This document shows positions 47,588-58,051 of a stretch of 59,575 nt of DNA, piece after piece. The notes beneath the pieces are model-generated. The model was not told the DNA's origin and made no database searches. It saw nothing but the letters and a program-made list of their open reading frames with translations. Position 1 is the stretch's first letter. Every line of letters begins with the position of its first letter. The translations under genes and the position numbers were made by a program. This stretch comes from an uncultured Planctomycetia bacterium (GTDB lineage: Bacteria > Omnitrophota > Gorgyraeia > VGKN01), in NCBI GenBank assembly GCA_964506845.1, contig CAZDNS010000006.1:1-59575 (forward strand), read 5' to 3'.

Positions 47588-49186
47588 TTATTTTATCTCT
47601 GTTTCGTCTTCCTCCTCAAGGAGTTTTTCAACAGGTATTTCCTGATTGGTCATAACAGAGTAATACAAATCCTCGTCTATATTGGTGACATTGGGAGAGA
47701 TTACTATATAGGATATGCCTTTTTCTTTTAATTGCTGGGTAAAACCCTTGGTGTGGTATCCTCCGGCAATCAGGGCAGAGAGATTAGCTTTATTAAAATC
47801 CATCTTGTCAAGTGCATTTCTAATCAATGCCTCGTCCCTTACTGTGGCTATCTCGTAAAATTCCTCCTCATCCTGCAGGCTTGAATCTATCGAGGATATG
47901 CTAGGGTCAAGAGAATAGCGTACATTGTATTTCGGCGCTGTCTCTTTTAAAAAATCGCTAAATGCTGTTGATTTAAACTCTTCTTTATGGTTATTATAAT
48001 ATTCCATTTCCTCGTTAGACATACTCATATCAAAAAATTTCTTAAGGAGTGCTACATTCTTTGAGAACCTTGCAAGGCGTTTTTGCTCTGGAGTTGTCAG
48101 GTAACTTTCTCTTATTGCATCTGCTACCCCGTCTAACTCAGTAAAAAGCAAAACCTTATTTATCCTCTCGGAATAATTGACATACTCAATATAATTCTTT
48201 AGATTCGGATAACCACCCAAATCCACATTATTCTCTTCGGCAGTCTCTTTCATAGTTGTAAAATACTCAAGTGCCGTTATCTCCCCTGATTTATAGGAAA
48301 GGCTTTTCTGGAAAAAGGTGCTGAATGCCTCTTTGGGAAGCGCCCTGCTTAAATCATCTATTGCTTGGCTGCGCTCTTTATCTACCTTGGCGAACTCAAT
48401 ATTTCCTTCAATGGATACTAATTTTGTAAGAAAATAAAAGTTCTCAAACTTTGAAAGGTCTATGTTTCTCGCCTCGGTCTTTTCCTTCATGTAATCCACG
48501 TAATCGGTTACCTCGAGCTCTTTGTTTTCATATGCGTCATATTTCTCATCCAATTCCATTATCTCTTCGGGATATATCGCCTTCTTTACCTTGGAAAGCG
48601 CTCCTTTAATATTATCGCAGAGTCTTTTAAGCTCCTTTGACTTTGGATAGGTTTTATTGAACACCTCTACATGCTTTAGATATGGTCCTTCATCCTCAAC
48701 GCCCCATAACTCTAAAGGATATTCTCCTTCGTTGTTTATCAAAAGGTATTCTGCGCCGGTAAGTTGTCCCTGTTTTAAGAAAAATCTGGTAATTTTTCTC
48801 TGCATCTTTTTATCCTTAAAGGTGAAAAGGGTGGGATCCACTGCTCCTGCAGCTCCCTCGCAATTTACCAGGCGAAGCCCATAGTTTTTCATAAGGTGCT
48901 TAAGTATCCTTACTATATTCATCTGGCAATCGTAATTACAATGAAGATCCTGGAGATGAACAATAACCCTATCGGATGACCCCTTGTAGGATTCTACCAC
49001 CTTTCCAAAACCCTCAGGAATTTTTAAATCAGAAACATCTGTTTTATCTTCTGAATTTAAGGCAGGAACGCTATCTGATAGAGCAGCTGAAAGGATATGG
49101 CTTTGAGATATAACTACGAAAAAAAGGACTATGATACCTATAAGAAAAGAAAAGACAACTCTTTTTTTAGTTGACCTGTCTGCCAT
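47588..49186 (-). CDS. Hypothetical membrane-anchored protein (532 aa)
   Basis: ORF track. It has an N-terminal hydrophobic segment, 'VVFSFLIGIIVLFFVVISQS'. 'RVIVHLQDLHCNY' near the N-terminus and 'ALIAGGYHTKGF' near the C-terminus faintly recall the GxxH motifs of the Tiki/TraB/GumN/ChaN superfamily. That link is low-confidence inference. Confidence 0.7.
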   Translation of the reverse strand: MADRSTKKRVVFSFLIGIIVLFFVVISQSHILSAALSDSVPALNSEDKTDVSDLKIPEGFGKVVESYKGSSDRVIVHLQDLHCNYDCQMNIVRILKHLMKNYGLRLVNCEGAAGAVDPTLFTFKDKKMQRKITRFFLKQGQLTGAEYLLINNEGEYPLELWGVEDEGPYLKHVEVFNKTYPKSKELKRLCDNIKGALSKVKKAIYPEEIMELDEKYDAYENKELEVTDYVDYMKEKTEARNIDLSKFENFYFLTKLVSIEGNIEFAKVDKERSQAIDDLSRALPKEAFSTFFQKSLSYKSGEITALEYFTTMKETAEENNVDLGGYPNLKNYIEYVNYSERINKVLLFTELDGVADAIRESYLTTPEQKRLARFSKNVALLKKFFDMSMSNEEMEYYNNHKEEFKSTAFSDFLKETAPKYNVRYSLDPSISSIDSSLQDEEEFYEIATVRDEALIRNALDKMDFNKANLSALIAGGYHTKGFTQQLKEKGISYIVISPNVTNIDEDLYYSVMTNQEIPVEKLLEEEDETEIK

Positions 49187-49241
49187 TTTAAGTTATCTCT
49201 GTTTTAATCTACTTTTTAAAATGTTTATTAATGTTGATTAA

Positions 49242-49270
49242 AATATAACACATAATCTACTATTTGTCAA
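49242..49270 (-). promoter_or_regulatory. Sigma70-type promoter upstream of the 532-aa gene
   Basis: Minus strand has TTGACA (49270-49265), a 17-nt spacer, then TATATT (49247-49242). Confidence 0.6.
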
Positions 49271-49367
49271 GAGATTGGATTAAAAAAAATATACGATTTA
49301 ACTATTTGAAAATAAATAAGTTATATTAATCGTTAAAAAAAAATTAAAGTAGGAAGCGCTTTCTTTA

Positions 49368-49817
49368 CTAAATCTTCAGGATTTCCAATGTTTTTAAAAT
49401 TAAATTGGTGTATATGCCGCTCATAATATCATCTAACATAATTCCGGCAGAACCTTTTATTTTTTCAATTTCCTTTATAGGATATGGCTTAAAAATATCT
49501 ATGACTCGGAAAAAAACAAATCCTGATATTATATGAAATGGCGATAACTCTATTAAAAAAAAACTCAAGAGAATGCCGCAGAATTCATCAATAACTACTT
49601 CTTTGGGGTCCTTTCTGTTAAAAATCTGCTCTGCTTTGCCCGATACTGCAAAACCTAAAATTAAGGATATTATTAATAATATATAATATATAATGTTATT
49701 ATTTTTAATTAATGTTATTCCTATAATTCCTATAAGACTTGCAAGTGTGCCGGGAAAATTAGAGTTATAACCCAGAAAATATAGGGTTGAGATTTTCTTA
49801 ATAAGGCTATCCCTCAA
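49368..49817 (-). CDS. pgpA: Phosphatidylglycerophosphatase A
   Basis: 'FPGTLASLIG', 'VVIDEFCG', 'FFRVIDIFKPYPI', 'GIMLDDIMSGIY'. Confidence 0.85.
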   Translation of the reverse strand: MRDSLIKKISTLYFLGYNSNFPGTLASLIGIIGITLIKNNNIIYYILLIISLILGFAVSGKAEQIFNRKDPKEVVIDEFCGILLSFFLIELSPFHIISGFVFFRVIDIFKPYPIKEIEKIKGSAGIMLDDIMSGIYTNLILKTLEILKI

Positions 49818-50413
49818 GCTATAACCTTCCTGTTCTTCCAGAAAAAGTTTATTCCGGAGTAAATGGTTAAAACCATTACAATCACCATAGAGGAATAAAT
49901 AATAATAGAAAGTATTCTCTCTGAGGAAATGTTCCAGAGGCCGAATTTTAAAAATGTATCCCTGAGTATGAGATACACCAAAATAGAAATTATGGCTATA
50001 AATTGTGAAACGGTTTTATGCTTTCCTTCTCTCTCTGCCGCGAGGATAATAGACCTTGATGCCGCAAAGAGCCTCAGGCTCGTTATGGTAAGCTCCCTCC
50101 ATATTATTATTGCCACCATCCACGCAGGAACTATCTTAAGTTCCACGAATGCCAGAAAACTTGCCAGTATCAGAACCTTATCCGCTATGGGGTCCATAAT
50201 CTTTCCGAAATTGGTGATAAGATTCTTCTTTCTTGCAATCCTTCCGTCATACAGGTCTGTGAGTGAGGCAATAATAAAGATAAAAAGCGCTATATACTTT
50301 GAAAGTATCCCTGATTTAAAAAGAAAGAACATATAAACAAAGGTGAGTAAAATTCGGGATATGGTTAGTTTATTGGGAAGGTTCATAAAAATAATCCAAA
50401 AATCAAAGTCCAA
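49814..50413 (-). CDS. pgsA: CDP-diacylglycerol--glycerol-3-phosphate 3-phosphatidyltransferase
   Basis: CDP-alcohol phosphatidyltransferase motif 'DLYDGRIARKKNLITNFGKIMDPIADKV'. It overlaps pgpA by 4 nt. Confidence 0.9.
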   Translation of the reverse strand: MDFDFWIIFMNLPNKLTISRILLTFVYMFFLFKSGILSKYIALFIFIIASLTDLYDGRIARKKNLITNFGKIMDPIADKVLILASFLAFVELKIVPAWMVAIIIWRELTITSLRLFAASRSIILAAEREGKHKTVSQFIAIISILVYLILRDTFLKFGLWNISSERILSIIIYSSMVIVMVLTIYSGINFFWKNRKVIA

Positions 50414-50425
50414 AAATCAAAATTA

Positions 50426-50500
50426 TCCCGAATGTAGCAACTTCTTAAGAAGCCCTTCGGGATCCCGAAGCTATGCTTCGCAGAAAAGCAACATTCGGGA
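50426..50500. repeat. ~75-nt palindromic intergenic repeat, copy E1
   Basis: tcccgaatgt...cttcgggatcccgaag (50455-50470)...acattcggga. It has 10-nt terminal inverted repeats plus a 16-nt central palindrome. Confidence 0.8.
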
Positions 50501-50576
50501 CATATCAAAATCCAAAATGTTTTAAACATTTTAAATTTTGGATTGTCATTTTGCATTTTAATTTTTGAATTTTGAA

Positions 50577-51980
50577 TTATACAGGTATTCCCACTAAATC
50601 ATACTCCAGCGTATCAATTATTTTAACTTTCACAAATTCCCCAATTTTCACTTTTAATTTTTGATTTTTAATTTTTGATTTTACATACACTATCCCATCC
50701 ACTTCCGGAGCATCAAACTCAGTCCGCCCAATAAAAAGAGCGGAGTCATTCTCGTCTTTCTCGTCGATAAGAACGTCTAAAACCATGCCTAAAAACTTTC
50801 TATTATTCCGTCTTGATATTTCCTGCTGCGTCTTCATTATTAAATCGAAACGCTCTTTTTTTATCTTTTCCGGGACCTGGTTTCTGAAACTAAAAGCAGG
50901 CGTCCCCTCTTCCCTTGAATATATGAATACCCCTAACCTGTCAAATTCTGTCTGACAGACAAAATCAAGAAGCTCCTTAAAGTCGCTTTCTGTTTCTCCG
51001 GGAAAACCTACTATCAGAGAGGTCCTTATGGCTATATCCGGAATTTCCTTCCTTAATTTCTCAATAAGTCCTATTATACCACCTCTAGAAATCCCTCTGT
51101 TCATCCTTTTGAGAATCCTATCGCTTATATGCTGAACAGGTAGGTCTATATACTTGCATATTGAAGGCTCATCTCTAACTACATCTATAAAATCTCTTTT
51201 GATATGGCTGGGGTGGGTATATAAAAGCCTGAGCCATTTAAAACGGTTTAGCGAACAAACCTCTCTTAGAAGTTTGGATATCTTAGGTTTTCCGTATAAA
51301 TCTACTCCATATAATGTTGTATCCTGACCTATAAGGACTATCTCTTTTAAGGGTTTATTCTCGGCTAATGCCTTAAGTTCCTTTAGTACTGATGGAAGAG
51401 GCCTGCTTCTAAAATCTCCCCTCAGCTTTTTAATAACACAATAGCTACAGTTATTTTTGCAGCCTTCGGATATCTTTAGGTAGGTATAATGGGAGGGGGT
51501 AAGTAAAAATCTCGGGCTCTTGTGGTCATAAACCCAGTTAGAAATCCCACGGCGCCTGACGTCATTTCTAACGGGGTAACTAAAATTGCCTGTTTTTATC
51601 TTTAACCTGTTTCCGTTGGACGGCAGGGATTTTATTGCATCGGCTATGTATTTAAATTCACTTGTGCCTAAAAAGACATCTACCTCAGGCAATTCTTTTT
51701 TAAGTTGGTCTTTATACCTCTGAGAAAGGCAACCGGTTACTATAAGGCCTCTAAGCGAACCTTCTTTTTTTAGAGCAGCTACTTTAAGTATCATTTCTAT
51801 AGATTCTTCTTTGGCGTCCTTGATAAAACCGCAGGTATTTACTACAGCAACATCCGATTGATTTATGTCTTCTTCGACTATGTAACCTGCGTTTTTAATA
51901 AGACCTAACATAACCTCTGTATCAACTAAATTTCGAGGACAGCCGAGACTTAGAAAGCCAATTTTGAGAGATGGGTTCAT
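50577..51980 (-). CDS. rimO: Ribosomal protein S12 methylthiotransferase
   Basis: 'IGFLSLGCPRNLVDTE', radical-SAM 'EGCKNNCSYCVI', 'DLPVQHISDRILKRMNRG', 'LIVGFPGETE', and a C-terminal TRAM-like 'EYDLVG'. Confidence 0.85.
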   Translation of the reverse strand: MNPSLKIGFLSLGCPRNLVDTEVMLGLIKNAGYIVEEDINQSDVAVVNTCGFIKDAKEESIEMILKVAALKKEGSLRGLIVTGCLSQRYKDQLKKELPEVDVFLGTSEFKYIADAIKSLPSNGNRLKIKTGNFSYPVRNDVRRRGISNWVYDHKSPRFLLTPSHYTYLKISEGCKNNCSYCVIKKLRGDFRSRPLPSVLKELKALAENKPLKEIVLIGQDTTLYGVDLYGKPKISKLLREVCSLNRFKWLRLLYTHPSHIKRDFIDVVRDEPSICKYIDLPVQHISDRILKRMNRGISRGGIIGLIEKLRKEIPDIAIRTSLIVGFPGETESDFKELLDFVCQTEFDRLGVFIYSREEGTPAFSFRNQVPEKIKKERFDLIMKTQQEISRRNNRKFLGMVLDVLIDEKDENDSALFIGRTEFDAPEVDGIVYVKSKIKNQKLKVKIGEFVKVKIIDTLEYDLVGIPV

Positions 51981-52066
51981 CGCTTATTTTAAAAAATAGT
52001 AACCAGTAAATGGTAATTGGGAATTAGTAACGTCAAAATTATTGATTACGGATTACTATTTACTAT
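51981..52066. repeat. 7-nt-periodic degenerate spacer
   Basis: Minus strand reads AGTGAAT AGTAAAT AGTAATC CGTAATC AATAATT ... TACTAAT TCCCAAT TACCATT TACTGGT TACTATT. Confidence 0.5.
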
Positions 52067-52804
52067 TCACTGCATTTTTTCTGGAAGTTTCATTCCTTCG
52101 TGGGTGATGAGGATATCCCTTTTGACGCCCCTGCCAGGTGGGCCTAAACTCTGGCCGTTTAAATTCAGCTCAAGTCCTGCGGCATTTCCAACCCATAGAA
52201 CTATCTGTTCTTTTGCCTGGAATAATTCGGATGAGCCTGTTTTTAAAATACTCTGATAAACAATCTTTCCGTCGCATTTAATGTGCATCCAGCTGTCCTG
52301 ATTCGCCGTTACGGTAAGTTTAAGCGGCTCGCTTTCCTTAACCAGAAGCGGTTTTGGCTTCTCTTTTTTTGAGGCTTTAACAGAAACTACTTTCTTTGCT
52401 TTTGGCGCTGAGGCAACCTTTCCTATCAATTTAGAAAGCCCGAGCCCTGCTACCAAAACTACTATTACGCTGGCCAGAATAATCGTGGTAAGGTTAGATT
52501 TTTTCTTTACTGGCGAGGCAGCGGTTTTTATCTTTTCATCCTCGCTTTTTACGGCTATTTCCTGCGGAGGCGTCTGAGGATTTAAGGAGGCATATTCGTT
52601 AAGCAAAGGCTCAGGGTCAAGGCCAAGATACTGGGCATACTGTTTGATAAAACCCTTCACATAGGTGGGATTTGGGAGCTTGCTAAAGGCGTCTGTTTCA
52701 AGGCTGGCTAATACTTTTAATTGAATCTTGGTGTCCCGCTGCGCCTGTTCAAGGGTTAGTTTTTTCTCTTCCCTTGCTTTTTTTAATACTTCACCGATAG
52801 ACAT
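52067..52804 (-). CDS. RodZ-like cytoskeleton protein (XRE HTH + TM + DUF4115-like C-terminus)
   Basis: 'IGEVLKKAREEKKLTLEQAQRDTKIQLKVLASLE', 'YVKGFIKQYAQYLGLD', a central hydrophobic segment, and a C-terminal beta-rich domain. Confidence 0.7.
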   Translation of the reverse strand: MSIGEVLKKAREEKKLTLEQAQRDTKIQLKVLASLETDAFSKLPNPTYVKGFIKQYAQYLGLDPEPLLNEYASLNPQTPPQEIAVKSEDEKIKTAASPVKKKSNLTTIILASVIVVLVAGLGLSKLIGKVASAPKAKKVVSVKASKKEKPKPLLVKESEPLKLTVTANQDSWMHIKCDGKIVYQSILKTGSSELFQAKEQIVLWVGNAAGLELNLNGQSLGPPGRGVKRDILITHEGMKLPEKMQ

Positions 52805-52844
52805 TTCTCGTTACTGATTTTGATTAACTGCTATTTCCTAATTA

Positions 52845-52918
52845 TCCCGAATGTAGTTTCTTTCGCAGTATTTCTTCGGGATCCCGAAGCTAAGCAGAAG
52901 CAGTCGCTACATTCGGGA
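52845..52918. repeat. ~75-nt palindromic intergenic repeat, copy E2
   Basis: tcccgaatgt...cttcgggatcccgaag (52874-52889)...acattcggga. Confidence 0.8.
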
Positions 52919-52931
52919 CTATTTACTATAT

Positions 52932-55139
52932 CTATATCTCTTCTTCCTTCTTCTGCCCTATTTCTTCCACATTATCAACTAAAATCTCTCTCGGCTTGCT
53001 CCCTCTGAAGGGCCCTATAATACCCTCCTCCTCCATCATATCTATAAGCCGTGCTGCGCGTGTATATCCGAGCCTCAGGCGCCTCTGGAGTATTGATATG
53101 GAGGCCTGGCCTGTCTCGACCACGAGCTTTGCCGCCTCTTCAAAGAGTTTGTCCTTTGGCTGGTCCTTCAGCGAATATCTTTTTTCCTGTTCCTTTAAAA
53201 TCTCCTCATCATAGAATGGCTCTCTCTGCTCCTTTATGAAATTAACCAACCGCTCTATCTCTTTGTCGGATATAAGGCAGCCCTGAGCCCTTATAGGTTT
53301 TGCCTGACCCGGTTTTAAAAACAGCATATCTCCTCTGCCTAATAGTTTATCCGCGCCGTTCATATCAAGGACTGTCCTTGAATCTACCTTGGAGGCTACC
53401 TTGAATGAAACCCTTGCAGGGAAATTTGCCTTAATCACGCCTGTTATTACATCCACAGATGGCCTTTGGGTTGCAAGAATAATGTGTATGCCAACCGCCC
53501 TTGATAGTTGCGCGAGCCTTGTTATTGCCTCTTCTATATCCCGCGATGCAATGAGCATAAGGTCAGCGAGTTCATCTATTATAACCACTATATATGGCAG
53601 CACTGCCCTTGTAATTTCCTTTTCCTCTTTCGGCTCCTTGGGCACCTGGAGTTTTTCGTTATAAATACTGATGTTCCTGACTCCGAGTTTTGCAAACAGT
53701 TTGTATCTTTCCTCCATCTCATTTACTACCCATGAGAGCGCTCCGGAGACCTTTTTGGGGTCAGTGAGCACTGGGCATAAAAGATGCGGTAAGCCGTTAA
53801 AAATAGCAAGTTCTACCATCTTGGGGTCAACCATTAAAAATTTTACTTCATCAGGGGTAGCGTTGAATAGAATGCTCGTTATAAGGCTGTTTACGCAAAC
53901 GGTCTTGCCTGAGCCGGTAGTGCCTGCTATCAAAATGTGCGGCATCTCTGCTAAGTCCGCTATTACTGCCTGGCCTGATACATCCTTTCCAAGCGCAAGG
54001 GTAAGCTTGCCGGATGAGCCCTGAAACTCCTGAGCGCTTAAGAGTTCCTTAAGATACACCAAAGTCATTGTGGAGTTTGGCACCTCTACCCCTACCCTTG
54101 ATTTACCCGGGATAGGCGCAACAATCCGGACACTCATTGCCTTCATAGCAAGCGCTATGTCATCGCTAAGGTTGGCTATCCTCTGCACCTTAACGCCTGG
54201 AGCCGGTTCAAGTTCATACATCGTTATAACAGGGCCCCTCTCTATATCCACCACCTTTGCCTCTATGCCGAAGTCTCCCAGCGTCTCCTCTAAGACCCTT
54301 GCGCTATTTTGAAGGTCCTCTTTAATCTTCCGCTCTTCTATGGGCGGAGGCGAATCTAAAATATCCAGGCTGGGCAATTTGTAATCTCCTGTATCCCTTC
54401 TTATAACCGCCTTCGCCGTAACAGGCTCTTTTCTTTCCTTAGGTTCTTTTATTTCCTTCTTAATAATTATGGCGGGTTTTAACCGCGGTTTTTCCTCAGG
54501 GATGGCTGCTTTTTCTTCTCTCTTGTCTTCTCTCTTTGTAGCAACAGGCCTTGGCTTTTCTTCGGAAAAAACAGTTTTCTTTCTTCTGTTAGAGAGAAAA
54601 CTTGAGATTGTTTCCTTAATGGCTTCAGCTATTCTGTTAATGTAAGGAAATATTATAAATTCAGTTGAAATCAATACCGAAAGCAACGCAAAGGTAAGAG
54701 ACAGTATATATGCGCCGACCTTTCCAAAATACCTGACCAGGATATTGGAGACAAAAAATCCCATATAACCGCCGAAATTAAATCTTCTTACGGGGTTTGG
54801 GCCAAACAGGAGGCTTAAGAGGCTACCTGAGGAACACAAAAAGATAACTGTGCCTATAATTTTTATATACAGCCTCTGAAACTCGCTCTGGAAAAATCGG
54901 CTTAATGCCCAGAGCAGGCACAGCGCCGGGACTAAAAATGCAGCCTTTCCGAATAAGAAAAAAAACATCCCGGAAATATAAGCGCCGAAAATCCCGATAA
55001 AATTTTTAGCAGGCCTGTTCGGGATTGAGGTGTAAAAAGGGATGTCGTTCGGGGTATAGGAAACAAAACTCAGAAAAAGCAGGACGGCAATAACAAAAAG
55101 CGCTATGGCATAAACTTGCCTTATATTTTCTTCTTTCAT
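52932..55139 (-). CDS. ftsK: DNA translocase FtsK/SpoIIIE
   Basis: N-terminal TM segments, Walker A 'GTTGSGKTVCVN', 'VVIIDELADLM', 'ILATQRPSVDVITG', and a C-terminal gamma domain 'ASISILQRRLRLGYTRAARLID'. Confidence 0.9.
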   Translation of the reverse strand: MKEENIRQVYAIALFVIAVLLFLSFVSYTPNDIPFYTSIPNRPAKNFIGIFGAYISGMFFFLFGKAAFLVPALCLLWALSRFFQSEFQRLYIKIIGTVIFLCSSGSLLSLLFGPNPVRRFNFGGYMGFFVSNILVRYFGKVGAYILSLTFALLSVLISTEFIIFPYINRIAEAIKETISSFLSNRRKKTVFSEEKPRPVATKREDKREEKAAIPEEKPRLKPAIIIKKEIKEPKERKEPVTAKAVIRRDTGDYKLPSLDILDSPPPIEERKIKEDLQNSARVLEETLGDFGIEAKVVDIERGPVITMYELEPAPGVKVQRIANLSDDIALAMKAMSVRIVAPIPGKSRVGVEVPNSTMTLVYLKELLSAQEFQGSSGKLTLALGKDVSGQAVIADLAEMPHILIAGTTGSGKTVCVNSLITSILFNATPDEVKFLMVDPKMVELAIFNGLPHLLCPVLTDPKKVSGALSWVVNEMEERYKLFAKLGVRNISIYNEKLQVPKEPKEEKEITRAVLPYIVVIIDELADLMLIASRDIEEAITRLAQLSRAVGIHIILATQRPSVDVITGVIKANFPARVSFKVASKVDSRTVLDMNGADKLLGRGDMLFLKPGQAKPIRAQGCLISDKEIERLVNFIKEQREPFYDEEILKEQEKRYSLKDQPKDKLFEEAAKLVVETGQASISILQRRLRLGYTRAARLIDMMEEEGIIGPFRGSKPREILVDNVEEIGQKKEEEI

Positions 55140-55170
55140 TAAGAAAATAGGGGTTCTCGTTACTGTTATA

Positions 55171-55947
55171 TCAAAATCTTAATACCGCAAACAATCCCAT
55201 CGATATACAATATACTACAAAAAGATGCAGCCTTCCCTTTAATATCATATTCTCTAAAATCTTCAGCGATATAATACCAAAGAAAAAGGCAGATAAAAAA
55301 CCAATAAGTGAATTTGTAAAATGCATACTTCCCAACATCGTTATCTCTCTACTCTTAAGTAAAGAAGCGCCTAAAACAGCGGGTATGGATAAAAGAAAAG
55401 AAAACCTGATCGCATTCTTGGCATTTACTCCGAGCAAAATCCCGCTTGAGATAGTCATCCCACTCCTTGAAATTCCGGGCACAATAGCCACACCCTGTGA
55501 AATACCTATCAGAAAGGCCTTGCCAATAGAAGGCCCGGTGGTTTCTTCCTTAAGTCTATTTTTAAATATTGAAAATCTCTCTTTTAATGCGGCCGCTAGC
55601 AGCACAAAGGCGGTGATAAAAAACATAAACCCCACCATCTTTGGTTTTGCAAAAAGCGCCTCAAATTTCTCTTTGAAGGCCAACCCTATAAATGCGGTTG
55701 GTATTGAGCCTATTATAATGGATAAACCAATAGCCTTCTGGGTACTAAAAATTTCCTTTATTTCTTTTCTAAAGAATATGACAACGGAGAAAATCGTGGC
55801 TATATGCAGCAGCACATCGAAATCTATCCTCGGCTTGGTTACGCCGAATAGGCTATGCAAAATAACAAGATGGCCGGAGCTTGATACGGGAAGGAACTCT
55901 GTTATACCTTGAAGGCAACCAGAGATAAACGCCTCAAGCGCGTTCAC
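55171..55947 (-). CDS. uppP: Undecaprenyl-diphosphate phosphatase
   Basis: 'GITEFLPVSSSGHL', 'GISRSGMTISSG'. It is polytopic and overlaps the pnp 3' end by 14 nt. Confidence 0.9.
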   Translation of the reverse strand: MNALEAFISGCLQGITEFLPVSSSGHLVILHSLFGVTKPRIDFDVLLHIATIFSVVIFFRKEIKEIFSTQKAIGLSIIIGSIPTAFIGLAFKEKFEALFAKPKMVGFMFFITAFVLLAAALKERFSIFKNRLKEETTGPSIGKAFLIGISQGVAIVPGISRSGMTISSGILLGVNAKNAIRFSFLLSIPAVLGASLLKSREITMLGSMHFTNSLIGFLSAFFFGIISLKILENMILKGRLHLFVVYCISMGLFAVLRF

Positions 55948-58051
55948 CGCTAGTCTCCTCTGGCGGCTCTTTTGCCTGCTTTCTGCTTAAGTTTATCCTG
56001 CCCTGGGAGTCAATCTCTATCACCTTTACCTGAACTTCTTCTCCAACGCTTACCTCATCTTCAACCTTTTCCACAAATTTGTTGGAGAGTTCTGATATAT
56101 GTATGAGCCCTTCTTTACCAGGCAATATCTCGCAGAAGGCGCCAAAGTTTAGTATGCGTTTTATTTTCCCCAGATAAATCTTCCCCACCTCAACGTCTTC
56201 GGTCAGGCCTTTTATTATATCAATTGCCTTCTTTGAAGCGCCTTCATCGCTTGAGGCAATCAATATCTTGCCGTCATCTTCTATGTCTATTGTAACGCCT
56301 GTTTCTTCTATTATCTTCTTTATTGTCTTGCCGCCAGGCCCTATAACCTCTCTTATCTTATCAGGATTTACCTTTATACTTACTATGCGAGGCGCATAAA
56401 CAGAAAGCGATTCCCTCGGAGCAGAAATACTCTTAAGCATCTTATCCAGAATAAACAACCTGTGTTCTTTTGATTCTATAAGCGCCTTTGAAATTAAATC
56501 CAGGTCTATCCCTTCTATCTTAATATCAAGCTGAAGGGCGGTAACACCTTTGACTGTCCCTGTAATCTTAAAATCCATATCTCCGAAATGGTCTTCAAGG
56601 CCGGATATGTCGGCAAGTATCGCTACCTTATCCTGCCCCTTTACGAGGCCCATCGCTATCCCGCTTACAGGCGCCTTTATCGGAACCCCTGCATCCATAA
56701 GGGAGAGTGTTCCCGCGCATACAGTAGCCATACTCGATGAGCCATTGGATTCTAAAATATCCGAAACCACCCTGACAGTATAAGGGAATTCCTCCTTCGA
56801 AGGCATAACGGGTTTAAGCGCCCTCTCGGCAAGCGCGCCGTGGCCTATCTCTCTTCTTCCAGGACCTCTTATGGGCCTGACCTCACCCACGCTAAAAGGC
56901 GGAAAGTTATAATGAAGCATAAAACTCTTCAACATCTCTCCTTCTAAGGCATCCACCATCTGCTCATCTGAGCTGGTGCCCAGGGTAGTAACCGAGAGGC
57001 TCTGGGTCTGGCCGCGGGTAAAAAGACCCGACCCGTGTGTTCTGGGGAGTATGCCCACTTCGCAACTTATTGGCCTTATGGTGCTGTAATCTCTGGCATC
57101 CGCCCTTATACCCTCTTCTAATATCCGGCGCCTTACCTCGGTTTTTTCAACCTCTATCAAGGCTAATTCTATATCTGCCTCAAGGTAATTCGGATTTTCG
57201 CTTGTAAGTTTTTGCACGAGGTCTTTTTTAATGATGCCCATAAGCTCTTCCCTGGTTTCTTTTGACGCTGTTTTATTAACCTCGGTAAGTTTTTCAAATG
57301 AAAGCAGCTTTACCTTTTCTAAAAGTTCCTTATCTATCGTCCTTAAAGACACCTCTTGTTTTTGTTTTCCGCATAGCAAGACGAGTTTTTCCTGAGCCTC
57401 TATTATATTTCTAATCTTTGAGTGGCCGAACCTTATAGCCTCTGCGAGCAGTTCCTCCGGGAGTTCGTTTGCACCTGCTTCAATCATAATTACGCTTTCT
57501 CTTGTGCCTGCAACCACAAGGTCAAGAGAACTCTTATCGAGCTGCGCATAGGTAGGATTTATTACAAATTCATTGTCTATTCTTCCTACTCGCACTGCGC
57601 CTATGGGATGTTTAAATGGGATACCTGATATGGAGAGGGCGCTGGAGGCGCCTACGCAGGCAAGGATATCGGGGTCGTTTTCTCCGTCGCTTGAAAGCAC
57701 GATAGCCACTATCTGAACCTCATTTAAAAACCCTTTGGGGAATAAGGGTCTTAGCGGCCTATCAATAAGACGGGCTGTCAGAATCTCCTTTTCGGAGGGC
57801 TTTCCTTCTCTTTTAAAGAAACCGCCTGGAATTTTACCCGCAGCGTATGTTTTTTCCTGATACTCAACGGTAAGCGGTAAAAAGGTATGGTCTTCCTTAG
57901 GCTCTTTTGACATAACGGCTGTTACCAGCACAACGGTTGCGCCGTACTGCACGGTAACCGCGCCGTCTGCCTGCTTTGCTATCTTGCCTGTCTCTATTAT
58001 GAGATTTTTGGAATCGAGGCTTACTTCAATCCTATGTGGCATATATATCAC
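55934..58051 (-). CDS. pnp: Polyribonucleotide nucleotidyltransferase (PNPase)
   Basis: Two RNase PH-like halves, '[15 protein letters not shown]', a KH domain ('[11 protein letters not shown]') and an S1 domain ('[18 protein letters not shown]'). Confidence 0.95.
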   Translation of the reverse strand: MIYMPHRIEVSLDSKNLIIETGKIAKQADGAVTVQYGATVVLVTAVMSKEPKEDHTFLPLTVEYQEKTYAAGKIPGGFFKREGKPSEKEILTARLIDRPLRPLFPKGFLNEVQIVAIVLSSDGENDPDILACVGASSALSISGIPFKHPIGAVRVGRIDNEFVINPTYAQLDKSSLDLVVAGTRESVIMIEAGANELPEELLAEAIRFGHSKIRNIIEAQEKLVLLCGKQKQEVSLRTIDKELLEKVKLLSFEKLTEVNKTASKETREELMGIIKKDLVQKLTSENPNYLEADIELALIEVEKTEVRRRILEEGIRADARDYSTIRPISCEVGILPRTHGSGLFTRGQTQSLSVTTLGTSSDEQMVDALEGEMLKSFMLHYNFPPFSVGEVRPIRGPGRREIGHGALAERALKPVMPSKEEFPYTVRVVSDILESNGSSSMATVCAGTLSLMDAGVPIKAPVSGIAMGLVKGQDKVAILADISGLEDHFGDMDFKITGTVKGVTALQLDIKIEGIDLDLISKALIESKEHRLFILDKMLKSISAPRESLSVYAPRIVSIKVNPDKIREVIGPGGKTIKKIIEETGVTIDIEDDGKILIASSDEGASKKAIDIIKGLTEDVEVGKIYLGKIKRILNFGAFCEILPGKEGLIHISELSNKFVEKVEDEVSVGEEVQVKVIEIDSQGRINLSRKQAKEPPEETSGERA

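Noticed and set aside
49929-50336. Plus-strand ORFs antisense to pgsA (49929..50336) and uppP (55385..55912).
   Set aside because: They are nested antisense to well-supported housekeeping genes and have no motifs.
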